Below, piece after piece: positions 23,201 to 33,705 of a stretch of DNA of 64,000 nucleotides (positions within the stretch are counted from its first letter, which is position 1; each line of letters opens with the position of its first letter). Origin of the DNA: Flectonema sp. DT1601. Its lineage: Eukaryota. Location of the stretch: assembly GCA_964019425.1 (NCBI GenBank), contig OZ025787.1:1426001-1490000 (forward strand), given 5' to 3'. A model generated the notes under the pieces. The model was not told where the DNA came from. It was given only the letters and a program-made list of their open reading frames with translations, and did not search any database. The translations under genes and the position numbers were made by a program.

Positions 23201-25623
23201 CTTGCCAGTGAGAGTTACACAGGCTGACTTTATCAAGCTGTGCAAATCAACATTATAACTTTCCCGGTGAAAGAAAAGAGAGTCTTATCATTAGTATTTC
23301 GAAGTAAGTGATTTTATTTTATCGAACATCGTTTTTACTTTTTAACCATTTTATATGTTTTTTTTCTTTTTCTTTTTTTTTTTTTTTTTAGGGATGTTGC
23401 TTAAGCACATCAACAAAAAAAAAAAATGGAGGGGGGAAAGAAAAAAAATAAAATAAAATAAAAAATGGAAGATAACTCCTTGACTGTGAGTTGCGTTCGA
23501 GCATGAAAAGTAAGGTTTTGCGTAGCAAAAAAAAAAAAAAAAAAATCTTTTCTTTTTCCCAACCTTTTCTTTATTGCGAAATATTATTTAAAAAACAAAG
23601 CAAACAAAAAAAAAAAAAAAAAAAAAAAACAGCATAATCTTTCTTACTCTCTACTCTATATTGTTAGTTAGTTTTATTTATTTATTTATTTATTTGTTTA
23701 CTTTTTTTTTTTTACAATAGTAAAAAAAAGAAGAAAAAAAAAACTATAAAAAAAAAAAAAGAATTATAAAAATAAAAGGAAGCAGGAAAAACTAACTAAT
23801 CGCTAATTGCTGCTTCGTTCGAGGAATAGATTCTATTTTGTTCTCTCCCTCTTTATTTTGAATTCAGTAACACACAGCGTCGCGATGTCGCGAGTTAGTT
23901 TAATTAAATAGCGCGAAGGTTTCTACTGACTAACACTCGTGTGACTTCTTCCTGAACTAGTTTTGTTTGTTGTTTTCAATCTTGCGAAAATAATTTTTTC
24001 ACTTTACGTTTTGAGTGAAGAGGCAACACTAAATCGCTTTAAAAAAAGGACTTGCGCAAAAAAAAAAAAAAATGACTGTTTTGGAGTTTTTTTCGCTTTT
24101 GCATTTTTTCAGTCTGTTTTTTTGAATGTTTGCTTCTTTTCACTCTACAACACATTTATTGTAAAAATAAAATAAAATAACGTATTGAAGTTATGTATGC
24201 AAGTTTCGGACTCGTGCATTATTTTATCTATCTGCTTTGGTTGATACTTTTGTCGAAATCTTAATTTGTAGGTGCTCTGCACCCGGTTGTTTGGTTGGTT
24301 CCTCGCAGGCCGCACATTAAGAATACAAAAAATGACACTCTGCGGAGTTAAAATAATGTAACTGCGTCAGGAAACTTGCATACGGTATTAACTTCAATAA
24401 AAATGGCAAAAAAAAAAAAAAAAAAACACATATTATTTTTTCTTCTTTTTCTTATGTTACTTTCGCTTTTGTTGTTATGTACATTTCGATTAGAGTCAAA
24501 CTACTGGAACGAAAAAAAAAAAAATCGGAAAAGAAAAATATTACATCTCCCCCCTTCCCCTGACATTATTTTTCTATTTTATTATTATTTTCTTTTTCAT
24601 CTTTTTTCATGGAACTGTTATTGGTATGTTTTCTGACCAGCAAAAGAAAGTCAAAGTCTTTGTTGTGTTGCACAAGTAAACTCAGCCTTCCCCTGATACG
24701 GGGAAGTAATTATTTCTGACCCTTTTGGTCGACTTGCAAAATAAAACAAAACAACAAAAAGTAAAGAAAGGGGAAAAAAAAAAGAACTGGAAAAAATAAT
24801 GGTGGTCTCCTGACCAAGATTATTAGTAGTTATTTATTAGTGATTGCGTTTTTAATGCCGTTTTTTGTGGTAACATTCGATCTCTTTACGTGAATTCGTA
24901 ATGATTATTGCACGGCACGCACGTACGAAACTTTTTTTTTTTTCCCTTCCCCCTTCTCTGTTCTGTTTTCCTTGATTTTTTTTTTTATTTTTTTTTTTAT
25001 GCTAGTCTATGAGAGGGGGAATTGCAGTTACGGTGAACCGAATTCCCTTCTCTTAATTACTTTAAAAAAAAAAAAAAAAAAAAAAACTGTTTTATTGATT
25101 TTATTGTTTAACAGTAAATAAACTTGTTTTTTTATTTGATTCTCAAAGTGCGAAATTACTCGTCAAGGATTACTATAAATAAGGAGAAGATAACGAAAAC
25201 GCTTCACGTTTATTTATTATTCTTTTTTCCCCCCCCATTTTTTAGTTTTTTTTTATCTTCCTTCCCCCTTCTTATGTCCCTCGGGAATAACCTCAAAAAA
25301 AAAAAAATAATAATAATAATAATTAATAATTAGGATGAAAGAAGGCAAGAGTATTATTAAGTGGGATCCCGTTCCCCAACAAACATTAAGTTACTCGGTT
25401 TTTTTTAAAAAAAAAAAAAAAAGTAAAATAAAATAAAATAAATTAAAGGTATCCTTTTTTTTTATTTTAAAAAAAAAAAAAAAAAAAAATTGTGTGAGCG
25501 TATTTATGATTATTATGAAATATTTCACTTTACAGGATCATCACAACTGAAATGAGTTACCTAGCATTCATAATATACAGTAACGTTGGATTAAATAACT
25601 AGCTAACAAAATAAATGAGAAAA

Positions 25624-25706
25624 TGGAATGAAGTCCCTAGAACTTACTGATGAAGGCCTAAGAGGGACAAGTAGTATAAGATTAAGGCCTGAAACTACGT
25701 ATTCCA
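25624..25706 (+). ncRNA. Candidate hammerhead ribozyme with nested (pseudoknotted) cleavage strand; predicted cut after A25676
   Basis: CUGAUGA 25647-53; stem II AGGCCU 25654-59/25685-90; GAAA 25691-94; stem III ACUAC 25694-98/GUAGU 25671-75; stem I UAAG 25677-80/CUUA 25643-46; extra helices GUCCCU 25633-38/AGGGAC 25663-68 and UGGAAUG 25624-30/UAUUCCA 25700-06. Confidence 0.7.
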
Positions 25707-26035
25707 CAGTGTATTATGGAACAGCAGAACAATGTGTTTTTATAACTTTTCTTTTTTATATTTTATTTTAGTGCACTTTTTTATAATAAACTCATATTCT
25801 AACTAAATGAGAAAACTTATTTCACGATGCATTTTTTGATTTAAGTGCATTCTGATTTCTGACTGGTAGCTCCTCACAGGGAATAAGAACGAATTCAAAC
25901 GTCTCAGTTTTATTTTTGAGTCTACTATTAAATATTCTACTCTACAGAACAGATGTGAAATGTCACAACCAAAAAAAATAAGAAAAACTATTTCACAATA
26001 ACTTTTTGATTACAGGAATACAAATCAACAACAAC

Positions 26036-26266
26036 ACCACCACCACCACCACCACCACCACCACCACCACCACCACCACCACCACCACCACCACCACCAC
26101 CACCACCACCACCACCACCACCACCACCACCACCACCACCACCACCACCACCACCACCACCACCACCACCACCACCACCACCACCACCACCACCACCACC
26201 ACCACCACCACCACCACCACCACCACCACCACCACCACCACCACCACCACCACCACCACCACCACC
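26036..26266 (+). repeat. Perfect (ACC)77 microsatellite
   Basis: 231 bp uninterrupted, preceded by a few AAC units, ending 10 nt before ATG 26277. Confidence 0.98.
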
Positions 26267-26276
26267 AACTCAAAGT

Positions 26277-27626
26277 ATGGAACTCGATGATGATTTATTT
26301 GGATGTCTGGGCGGTGTTTCCCGAAGCCGACAAGCACTCGTCACAACACAACAAGAAATAATTGAATTACGAGATGAAGTAGAGCGGCTTCGAAAATGTG
26401 GAAATGATCCCAGTTCCAACATCGGAAATAATAATACAGCACGCAGTAGTACATCACAATCACATGATGTCACAGCACATGTAAAAGCTGAACAAGAATT
26501 AGTTTCCCAACTGGCTGTTGTTAGACACGAGAAGAAGGTTTCTCTTGATGAGGTTCGCAACATGACTGAAGTCATATCAACTCTTCGAGAAGAACTCCAA
26601 TCCATTAATAATGAAAATGATAAACTAAAAACAACAGTTGGACAACACGAAGCAACTATTCAAAAATTAGAATACCGCGACCGCGCACAAAGTGCTTTAG
26701 CAGCAAAGTGTAAAAAGATCTACGAAGACAGCAATACGGCATTTGAAAAACTAAAAACTTTATTTCAAACTAACAAGGGAGAGAGTAGCACCCTAAAGTC
26801 TGACCTCAAGCACTGTATGTCTAAATTAGAAACACTCACCAAGAGAGAAGAGAACGTATCTGCGACCTGTATCGATCTCAAGAAGAAATACTCTTTAGAG
26901 CAAATGCAAAATCTACAACTTCGATCTACTATCGACAAGTTAGAACTTGGGAACAGTGTTGTTACGGAGTTGGCTGATAACTTATCATTAAAAGTAAATC
27001 AATATGTGGAACTGAGTAGAAGTTCTGCAAGTGAAGTAACTCATTTACAAAAACTGTTGGAAACTTCAAACCTACAACTGGAAGAAGCTCTTTGTTGTTG
27101 CTGTCCAGAAGAAGCAATCACTATTATAAAACCTGACAGTTCTTCAACTGTTGTTACGTTAACTGTTTGTACTCAGACAGAAGACTTACAATTGGGACAG
27201 AAGCAACTTTTATCAAAAGTACGATCTGAACTACACCAAGAACGTGAAGAGAGTAGTCGAATAGCTGCTGCACTTGTTGATGCTGAACGACAACTGCAGC
27301 AGTCTTGCAGCCCACAGTCAGAAGGTGAAGTCCAACTCCGTGAAAGGTTAGCTGCTCTTGAGACTGTCTGTGAAGAATTAGCAACACAAAACAAATCTAT
27401 GCGTGCTGGTCAATCATCAGCTCCACTAAGTCCACAAAACTGTTGCATCTGTAGACTTCCTATGAATACTAATGGAAGACGTGTTCGCTGTCAAGGTCAA
27501 GGATGTCGAAAAGTAGCTCACCAAGAGTGTAACGGAGCTCATCCTTCTGATTGCTGGTCGTGTACTATGTGTACCCGATCTTCAATAATGAAACGCCGTC
27601 GGATTCAAGGCATTGCTATGAAGTAG
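26277..27626 (+). CDS. Coiled-coil protein with C-terminal PHD-type zinc finger
   Basis: Long heptad region; CICR..VRCQGQGC..VAHQEC..WSCTMC = C4HC3; basic KRRR near the C-terminus. Confidence 0.75.
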   Translation: MELDDDLFGCLGGVSRSRQALVTTQQEIIELRDEVERLRKCGNDPSSNIGNNNTARSSTSQSHDVTAHVKAEQELVSQLAVVRHEKKVSLDEVRNMTEVISTLREELQSINNENDKLKTTVGQHEATIQKLEYRDRAQSALAAKCKKIYEDSNTAFEKLKTLFQTNKGESSTLKSDLKHCMSKLETLTKREENVSATCIDLKKKYSLEQMQNLQLRSTIDKLELGNSVVTELADNLSLKVNQYVELSRSSASEVTHLQKLLETSNLQLEEALCCCCPEEAITIIKPDSSSTVVTLTVCTQTEDLQLGQKQLLSKVRSELHQEREESSRIAAALVDAERQLQQSCSPQSEGEVQLRERLAALETVCEELATQNKSMRAGQSSAPLSPQNCCICRLPMNTNGRRVRCQGQGCRKVAHQECNGAHPSDCWSCTMCTRSSIMKRRRIQGIAMK

Positions 27627-27842
27627 TTTAATCTTTTCTCTCCACTCACTCTCTCTCTCACTCGCCTATGAGGCGTGCTACCATCTCTCATTACACTACG
27701 GTATTGACTTATTTATATTTGTTAGTGCTTAATTAATCTTATTTACGCAGTCGTTAACCGCACATGTGATATGAGGAAACGGTTTGTTTTTATCTTCTGA
27801 CACATCCCAATATAGAAATTACTTTACATTCCCCACACAGAA

Positions 27843-30722
27843 ATGGTATCGAAGTTGAAGCTGTTTGTTACACTTCTGGTCGCAGTATCAGCGATTGATG
27901 AGGTAACTGAATATGTTAAAGTTGATGCACAGATTCCTGGTGGGAAGGGACACAAAGATATTGGGATGGATGTAACCGTCCGACTCAAAGGAGAGATGCC
28001 AATAGCAGGACCAACTGACATTATGAATCACGTTAAGGGTGCCTGGGATCACGTAGTTGAAGAGAATCAGGAAGGTTTATCAGACGCAAAACTCGGAGCA
28101 GTCGCCGCACAACCACTTCTTGAAGAAGAAGCTTGGCATCACTACAAAGCAGGAAGAGGAGGTGTTGTAGACTCAGCGAGATTTTTAATAACTTTTAACA
28201 TGATCCCTTCTATTCAAACTGGTGGCTCTCCTCTCTTTACAGCAGCTGCTTTAGGAGACATCGACAAGATACACCACCTGATTGAAGAAGAGTCAACAGA
28301 TCCTAATATTCAAAAGAGTGATGGGAGCACTCCTCTTCATGCAGCTGCTACGATGTGTAAATCAGAAGCAGTGAAAACACTTCTAGTGCTAGGCGCAGAT
28401 CCTAATATTGTTGGTGACTGTGGTGCGACACCTCTGATGATGGCTTCTGCTATTGGATGTACGTCAGTGATTGAAAGTTTACTCACTACCCCAGACATCA
28501 TTGAAACAGATATCAATCAAAAACATAAATTCGCTGGGAACACAGCTCTCCACTTCGCAGCAGAAATGGGACGGGGAGAAGCAATAAAACTTCTCTGTGA
28601 TCACAAAGCTGATATTTGGTCTGAGAAGTCGACAGGTGGCATCGCGATCCATACTGCGGCTGATAGTAATCAAACAGAAGCAGTAGCAGCGTTGATAGCT
28701 TCTCCTTGTAACTCTCCTTTAAATACACTAATGCTTGGTGATACCACACCTCTATACCTCGCTGCTCAACGTGGTCAGGTAGAAGTGTGCAGAGTTTTAG
28801 TAGAGGCCGGCGCACTCATAAATTTTGTAATGCCGAAGGGAAAGTTCCACAATCATGTTGTGTCTCATGACAGTCCAAAAGCAGAGTACGGCTACGAAGC
28901 CAAAAATACTGAAATTGGAAATGGCGCAACAGCTCTACACGCAGCAACTGAAAACGGTCATTTAGAGTGTGTCAAGTACCTTCTTAGTGCTGGAGCGATT
29001 CAAAGTAATGCAATGGAAGGTGCTACACCATTAGTAATAGCATTGCAGTATAGACATCCACATATTGCTTTAGCCTTGTTAGATGTTGAAGATCCAGTTC
29101 AGACAGCTAAAGTAAATGAGAAGGTTCCTGTTGATGGTTCCTCTCCGCTATTTGTCGCAGTCGGTTTTGGATATCAAAAAGTTGTTGAAAAACTACTTGA
29201 GATTGGAGCTGATGTTACCATTGAGAATAATCAAGGAGCTACACCTCTTAGTAATGCTCTCAGACTTGGTAATGATAAGATTGCTTCTATTTTATACAGA
29301 TATGGTGCTGCTTCAAGTAGTCTACAATCACAACGAATGGCTCTCTTAGCAGCCATTGACAGTAACAATGTTCGAAGTGTTTCGTTGGTACTGAGTACTG
29401 CTACTGACAGCTCATTCAGAAAACAATTACTCGAAAGACCTTCTCCTGACTCTGATACAACTCCTCTTCATAGTGCTTGTTTAAAAGGTTCCTTAGCGAC
29501 GGTGAAATTACTTCACAAAGCAGGTGCCTCTCTTGACGATGTTGTTTTATCATCAAAGGCGACACCTCTTATGTTAGCTGTTCGGTCTGGTTCTTCCTCT
29601 CTCTGTGAGTATCTCATCTCTGTTGGTTCTGATCCAAACACCCGCGCTGGAAAACAACTATACTGGGCAACTCCATTGTACCTCGCCTCCCAAGCTGGTA
29701 ACGTTGCTATTATTAAATTACTTCTTGAAAAGGGTGCCAAGATCGATTCCCCCTTGCATAAAATAAACGTAACACCTTTATTCATTGCAGCAGAGAATGG
29801 ACACACTGAATCAGTTGAATTATTGATCGGAAAAGGAGCGTCGGTTCATGCGATGAATTCGGATCGGTTTTCGATATTACAAACTGCTGTGAGGAATGGC
29901 AAGAAAAACGTAGTTGAAATCCTTCTCTCAAACGGAGCCAATGCATCTCACAAGGACAGACTTGAAGACACTCCGTTATTAACTGCAATTAGGAACTCTG
30001 CTCATCCTGAAATATTAAAATTATTAATCGCAACTGATCCCACTCACGACATCATCAAATACACAAAATCAAATGGATACGGAGCAATTCATTGCCTTGC
30101 TGAAGCTAACATAAGAGGTGCGGAGAATAACCTATTAGATTTTTTACGATCTGCTGGTGCCCCTCTTGGTTCTAAAAAAGACGTGGTAGAAACACCCGCA
30201 ATGTACGCTGCACGACACAAAAACAACATTAAAATGTTGGAAAAATTGATTCAAATGGGAGACTCTCTTCAGAATTCTAAAACAACTGCCTTACACATCG
30301 CCTTAGAACATAACAACAAGGAAGGTTGTAAACGTATTTTAAAGAGTGGATTTAATATTGATACTCCGAACTCAGATGGAATTCGAGTAGACTACCAAGT
30401 CAGAGTATTGTTAGGAGATGTCGTCGATAAAAAGATTAAAAAACAACGTCAGCACAATGATATCCTCATCGCTGATATATTTTTACCGACTGATGATAAT
30501 AATGATGAAATGATCGCTCGCAATGAACTCTTTAGATCGATTCCTGCTGTGCGTTCTTTTTTTGGTCTTCCCGATACCATCAGTCAGTCTGACGAGTCAT
30601 TGCGATTATTTGAAGACATCTTTCAATCAGTCGATACCAACAGCGATCGTAAAATAGCAAAAGAGGAGTTCCTCAATTGGGCAAATAGTAGAAACCTGGA
30701 ATCACAAGATGAGGAGTTGTAA
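27843..30722 (+). CDS. Secretory-pathway ankyrin-repeat protein with C-terminal EF-hand and DEEL end
   Basis: Signal peptide MVSKLKLFVTLLVAVSA; many TPLH/TPLM/TPLY ankyrin repeats; EF loop DTNSDRKIAKEE; ends QDEEL. Confidence 0.88.
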   Translation: MVSKLKLFVTLLVAVSAIDEVTEYVKVDAQIPGGKGHKDIGMDVTVRLKGEMPIAGPTDIMNHVKGAWDHVVEENQEGLSDAKLGAVAAQPLLEEEAWHHYKAGRGGVVDSARFLITFNMIPSIQTGGSPLFTAAALGDIDKIHHLIEEESTDPNIQKSDGSTPLHAAATMCKSEAVKTLLVLGADPNIVGDCGATPLMMASAIGCTSVIESLLTTPDIIETDINQKHKFAGNTALHFAAEMGRGEAIKLLCDHKADIWSEKSTGGIAIHTAADSNQTEAVAALIASPCNSPLNTLMLGDTTPLYLAAQRGQVEVCRVLVEAGALINFVMPKGKFHNHVVSHDSPKAEYGYEAKNTEIGNGATALHAATENGHLECVKYLLSAGAIQSNAMEGATPLVIALQYRHPHIALALLDVEDPVQTAKVNEKVPVDGSSPLFVAVGFGYQKVVEKLLEIGADVTIENNQGATPLSNALRLGNDKIASILYRYGAASSSLQSQRMALLAAIDSNNVRSVSLVLSTATDSSFRKQLLERPSPDSDTTPLHSACLKGSLATVKLLHKAGASLDDVVLSSKATPLMLAVRSGSSSLCEYLISVGSDPNTRAGKQLYWATPLYLASQAGNVAIIKLLLEKGAKIDSPLHKINVTPLFIAAENGHTESVELLIGKGASVHAMNSDRFSILQTAVRNGKKNVVEILLSNGANASHKDRLEDTPLLTAIRNSAHPEILKLLIATDPTHDIIKYTKSNGYGAIHCLAEANIRGAENNLLDFLRSAGAPLGSKKDVVETPAMYAARHKNNIKMLEKLIQMGDSLQNSKTTALHIALEHNNKEGCKRILKSGFNIDTPNSDGIRVDYQVRVLLGDVVDKKIKKQRQHNDILIADIFLPTDDNNDEMIARNELFRSIPAVRSFFGLPDTISQSDESLRLFEDIFQSVDTNSDRKIAKEEFLNWANSRNLESQDEEL

Positions 30723-31142
30723 ATTAATTTAACCTTGTGTCGCTCTCTCCCTCGACTATCATCTTCTCTTTAGAGAGAACTCGTTGTGTTCTTTGGTTGA
30801 TACGCATTTCATATTTTTCTGGTTCGTCGTGCGTAAATTGCGAACCCACTGCGGGGTATTTCGCTTTTTTTCTGGTTTCAAAAAAAACAAACGTCGTACG
30901 TGCTGTGCTGTTTTCATTTTTTCTATTTTTAAAAAACCATCCGATAATGGAGACACATTGCGTGTCGTGTCCAACCACTAAATTGGTAGTACGTTTCACA
31001 AAAATAATGTAAGGATTATTTCCTCATTATCCAGGTTTGATTTGATATGTGATGTGAAGGCACTTTTTTTTGATAATGATCTTTGTTATCGTTCAGCAAT
31101 CATATTTCATATTTTTATAACTTCTAAATTAAGGACAACAAC

Positions 31143-32426
31143 ATGAATACCAGACTACTAATACGTCCATCAAGAGTCACTCTACGGAGTGTAAGAGAAA
31201 GACGATGGGCATCACAAGATATAATGGACATGCCTGGAGCTGTCGGAAGCTTTGCATCTCTTAAGCAAATGGCTACTGTGATCAGTGGAATGGATAAGAA
31301 AGGAGAGGTTCAGACAATGTCTTCGTTAAATTTTAATTTACTTCCCGGAACTGGAAATATTGACTCCACCGTCACTGGTACTCTTCAAGGTTTCGATGAA
31401 GTTGGAAGAAGTGAAGTAAGTCCAATGCCGTGTACTTTCACTCTCCCACATGAACTCGAAGAAGGCACTGAGTGTATTGTTCACTTAATGAGAGAGAACG
31501 CTACTCAAGTAGTGTATCATAACCTTCCTCCGTTACTTCCTTTTAAAAAAGATCTTAAAAAAGAAAATAATTCCACCGAAACCAACTCCACAATAATAAG
31601 TAACTGGGAAATATCAGGTGGAGGTCTCGTTGAAGAAGTACTCGGATGGAATCAGGTAGCCTACGTTACGATAAAAGCAATAACAAAAATATCCGACGAA
31701 GCCTTTCACTACATCGGAACAGTAACAAAAATAATAAACAGCAACGAAGACAGCTCTTTATACACTCCATTAACAGTAAGCTCTTTTCTAGGAAGGGAGG
31801 AATTACTTATAAAATCAATAAGAAAGAGGTCTCTTCTAATAGAAGATTGGGATCATGAAGCACGTCTGATGCTCTGCTGGTGGTTCGCCCGTAAGTATGG
31901 AAGAAACAGAAGTGCTATACTGCTACCTCCGAATATATTAACTTATCTGAGATCGTGGCAGTCTGAATCTCGTTTTAATAAAACAGAACTTCTCGCAATC
32001 CTTCATCTAGTGAGCTATTCTATGATTTCTAATTCAGGAACATCAAATTTCGACGGATTCATTACTAAAGAGAAGGAACTTATTAATCCAGAAGTCTTAT
32101 CGTCATTTTATACTCCTCAATTGTTATTATCTCGTGCAGCGAGAACTGATTTTGTTCCGTCTGATAAAAAGGATTTGGGAGGTCCGTTGTATCCAAGTAT
32201 GCCTGCTGCAGCAATTAACGAAGACTCTGCTCTTTTAACATCTGAGCCAAGCAATACCCTCGACGATGAGTTTCGAAAGGGACATCAGCTTGTCGTTCCG
32301 ATTAAGCCTGGGAAGATGCCTTCTAATTATGAGCAGTGGACTACCTTACCTGAAGGTGAGAAGGATGAGAAAATGCGATTGGGAACCCCAACAGCTTTTG
32401 CTCGCCCTGGTTTAATTGAAAAATAG
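31143..32426 (+). CDS. Hypothetical protein, likely mitochondrial
   Basis: 427-aa ORF; Arg-rich presequence-like MNTRLLIRPSRVTLRSVRERRWAS. Confidence 0.7.
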   Translation: MNTRLLIRPSRVTLRSVRERRWASQDIMDMPGAVGSFASLKQMATVISGMDKKGEVQTMSSLNFNLLPGTGNIDSTVTGTLQGFDEVGRSEVSPMPCTFTLPHELEEGTECIVHLMRENATQVVYHNLPPLLPFKKDLKKENNSTETNSTIISNWEISGGGLVEEVLGWNQVAYVTIKAITKISDEAFHYIGTVTKIINSNEDSSLYTPLTVSSFLGREELLIKSIRKRSLLIEDWDHEARLMLCWWFARKYGRNRSAILLPPNILTYLRSWQSESRFNKTELLAILHLVSYSMISNSGTSNFDGFITKEKELINPEVLSSFYTPQLLLSRAARTDFVPSDKKDLGGPLYPSMPAAAINEDSALLTSEPSNTLDDEFRKGHQLVVPIKPGKMPSNYEQWTTLPEGEKDEKMRLGTPTAFARPGLIEK

Positions 32427-32617
32427 TTCTCGTGATACTACTGTTTGCTTTATACTTTTTTTTTTTTTTTTTTTTAAATTATTATCGTAAATCACATATT
32501 TTATTCGCTTCAACGTTTTTCCTGTACGACGTAATCACAGAAGCAATTTATGTATTTTATTTTCAAATATAAACTCTTATTGATATCTTTCTCAATCAGG
32601 TCGAACAGGTAATCAAA

Positions 32618-33283
32618 ATGAAGGCAGCGATGAGAATGACGCTGCGTTCCCAGGCGAGACATATTTGGAAACGATCTGAATCCTTAGAGGGAGCAGAAGA
32701 CATGATGATGTTAAGTGATATGCCAAGGAACCCAAAAGTATTCCTAGACATCGAATCTGAAAGAGAGAAACTCGGACGTATAACAATCCAATTAGATTCT
32801 GAGAAACTTCCAAAGGCAGCAGAGAACTTCGTATCACTCTGCACCGGACAGAGAGCCACCTACGGAGGTGAAGGACACATGATCAAAAGAAGTTTAAAAC
32901 GAGGAAACTTACACTACAAAGGCACAAACTTCCACAGAGTACTCCCTGGTTTCTTAATCCAAGGAGGAGACAATGAACATTATGATGGAACTGGTGGATA
33001 CTGTTCTTTTAAAGGATACAAACACTTCGAAGACGAGTCGTATGATATTCCATTCGATTCCGAAGGTGTGGTCGGAATGGCGGTCAGCGGTCCAAATCGG
33101 AATGGATCACAATTCTTTATTACAACTGCTCCAGCTCCTCACCTTCAAAACAAGTGTGTTGCTATTGGTAAAGTTATTTCTGGAATGGAAGTAGTGACCG
33201 CAATTGAGGGCTCTGATGTCGATCACAACGACCGTCCTATTCAACATATTGAAATCACTAGTTGTGGGATCGCTAATGAGTAG
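32618..33283 (+). CDS. Cyclophilin-family protein, likely mitochondrial
   Basis: PKAAENFVSLCTG, YKGTNFHRVLPGFLIQGGD, GPNRNGSQFFIT; Arg-rich N-terminus. Confidence 0.92.
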   Translation: MKAAMRMTLRSQARHIWKRSESLEGAEDMMMLSDMPRNPKVFLDIESEREKLGRITIQLDSEKLPKAAENFVSLCTGQRATYGGEGHMIKRSLKRGNLHYKGTNFHRVLPGFLIQGGDNEHYDGTGGYCSFKGYKHFEDESYDIPFDSEGVVGMAVSGPNRNGSQFFITTAPAPHLQNKCVAIGKVISGMEVVTAIEGSDVDHNDRPIQHIEITSCGIANE

Positions 33284-33705
33284 AACACTTTGAATTACCT
33301 TTCGACTGTTCACAACCTTCCTGATTGCTGTCAAATGCCCATCAGACGAAAAGCTGCATTAAATTACTAATAAATAGTTATTTTATTATAAGAATGTGAT
33401 CACAGTGGGGGGGTTTTTTTTTTTGCTTTAAATTCACAACAGCAACAACGAAACCCCCGACTGAGATCAGTTGGTGTTATGTAATTACGAGAACGAAAAA
33501 AATTCTTTTTAAAAAAAAAAAAATAAAAAAAGAAAAGACTGACCCCCGAGGTCAAACAACGAAATATGAAAAGAAGCTGGAAAATAAGTGTCAGATTTTC
33601 ATAATGTATTCCTCTGGTGCTGTAGCAGTCAGAGATCCTGGTCACGAAAAGGTTATTTGTAGTAAGAATTATATTATTTTCAACACTCCATTCAGCAGTT
33701 GCAAT

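Noticed and set aside
23143..23227. Possible C/D snoRNA (ATGATTG...CTGA...CTGA)
   Set aside because: Imperfect C box, no terminal stem, no rRNA complementarity that I could recognise
18049..25400. Many short Phe/Lys-rich ORFs (also 55800-64000 and 39300-41900)
   Set aside because: Products of poly(T)/poly(A) runs; no domain-like content, mostly TTG/GTG starts
25624..25730. Conventional type I or type III hammerhead readings (GUC at 25633-35 or GUA at 25699-701)
   Set aside because: Stem I cannot form next to the core in either reading; only the nested GUA at 25674-76 gives both stems I and III
25993..26337. Poly-Thr, poly-Val and poly-Trp ORFs
   Set aside because: Translations of the (ACC)77 microsatellite with non-ATG starts
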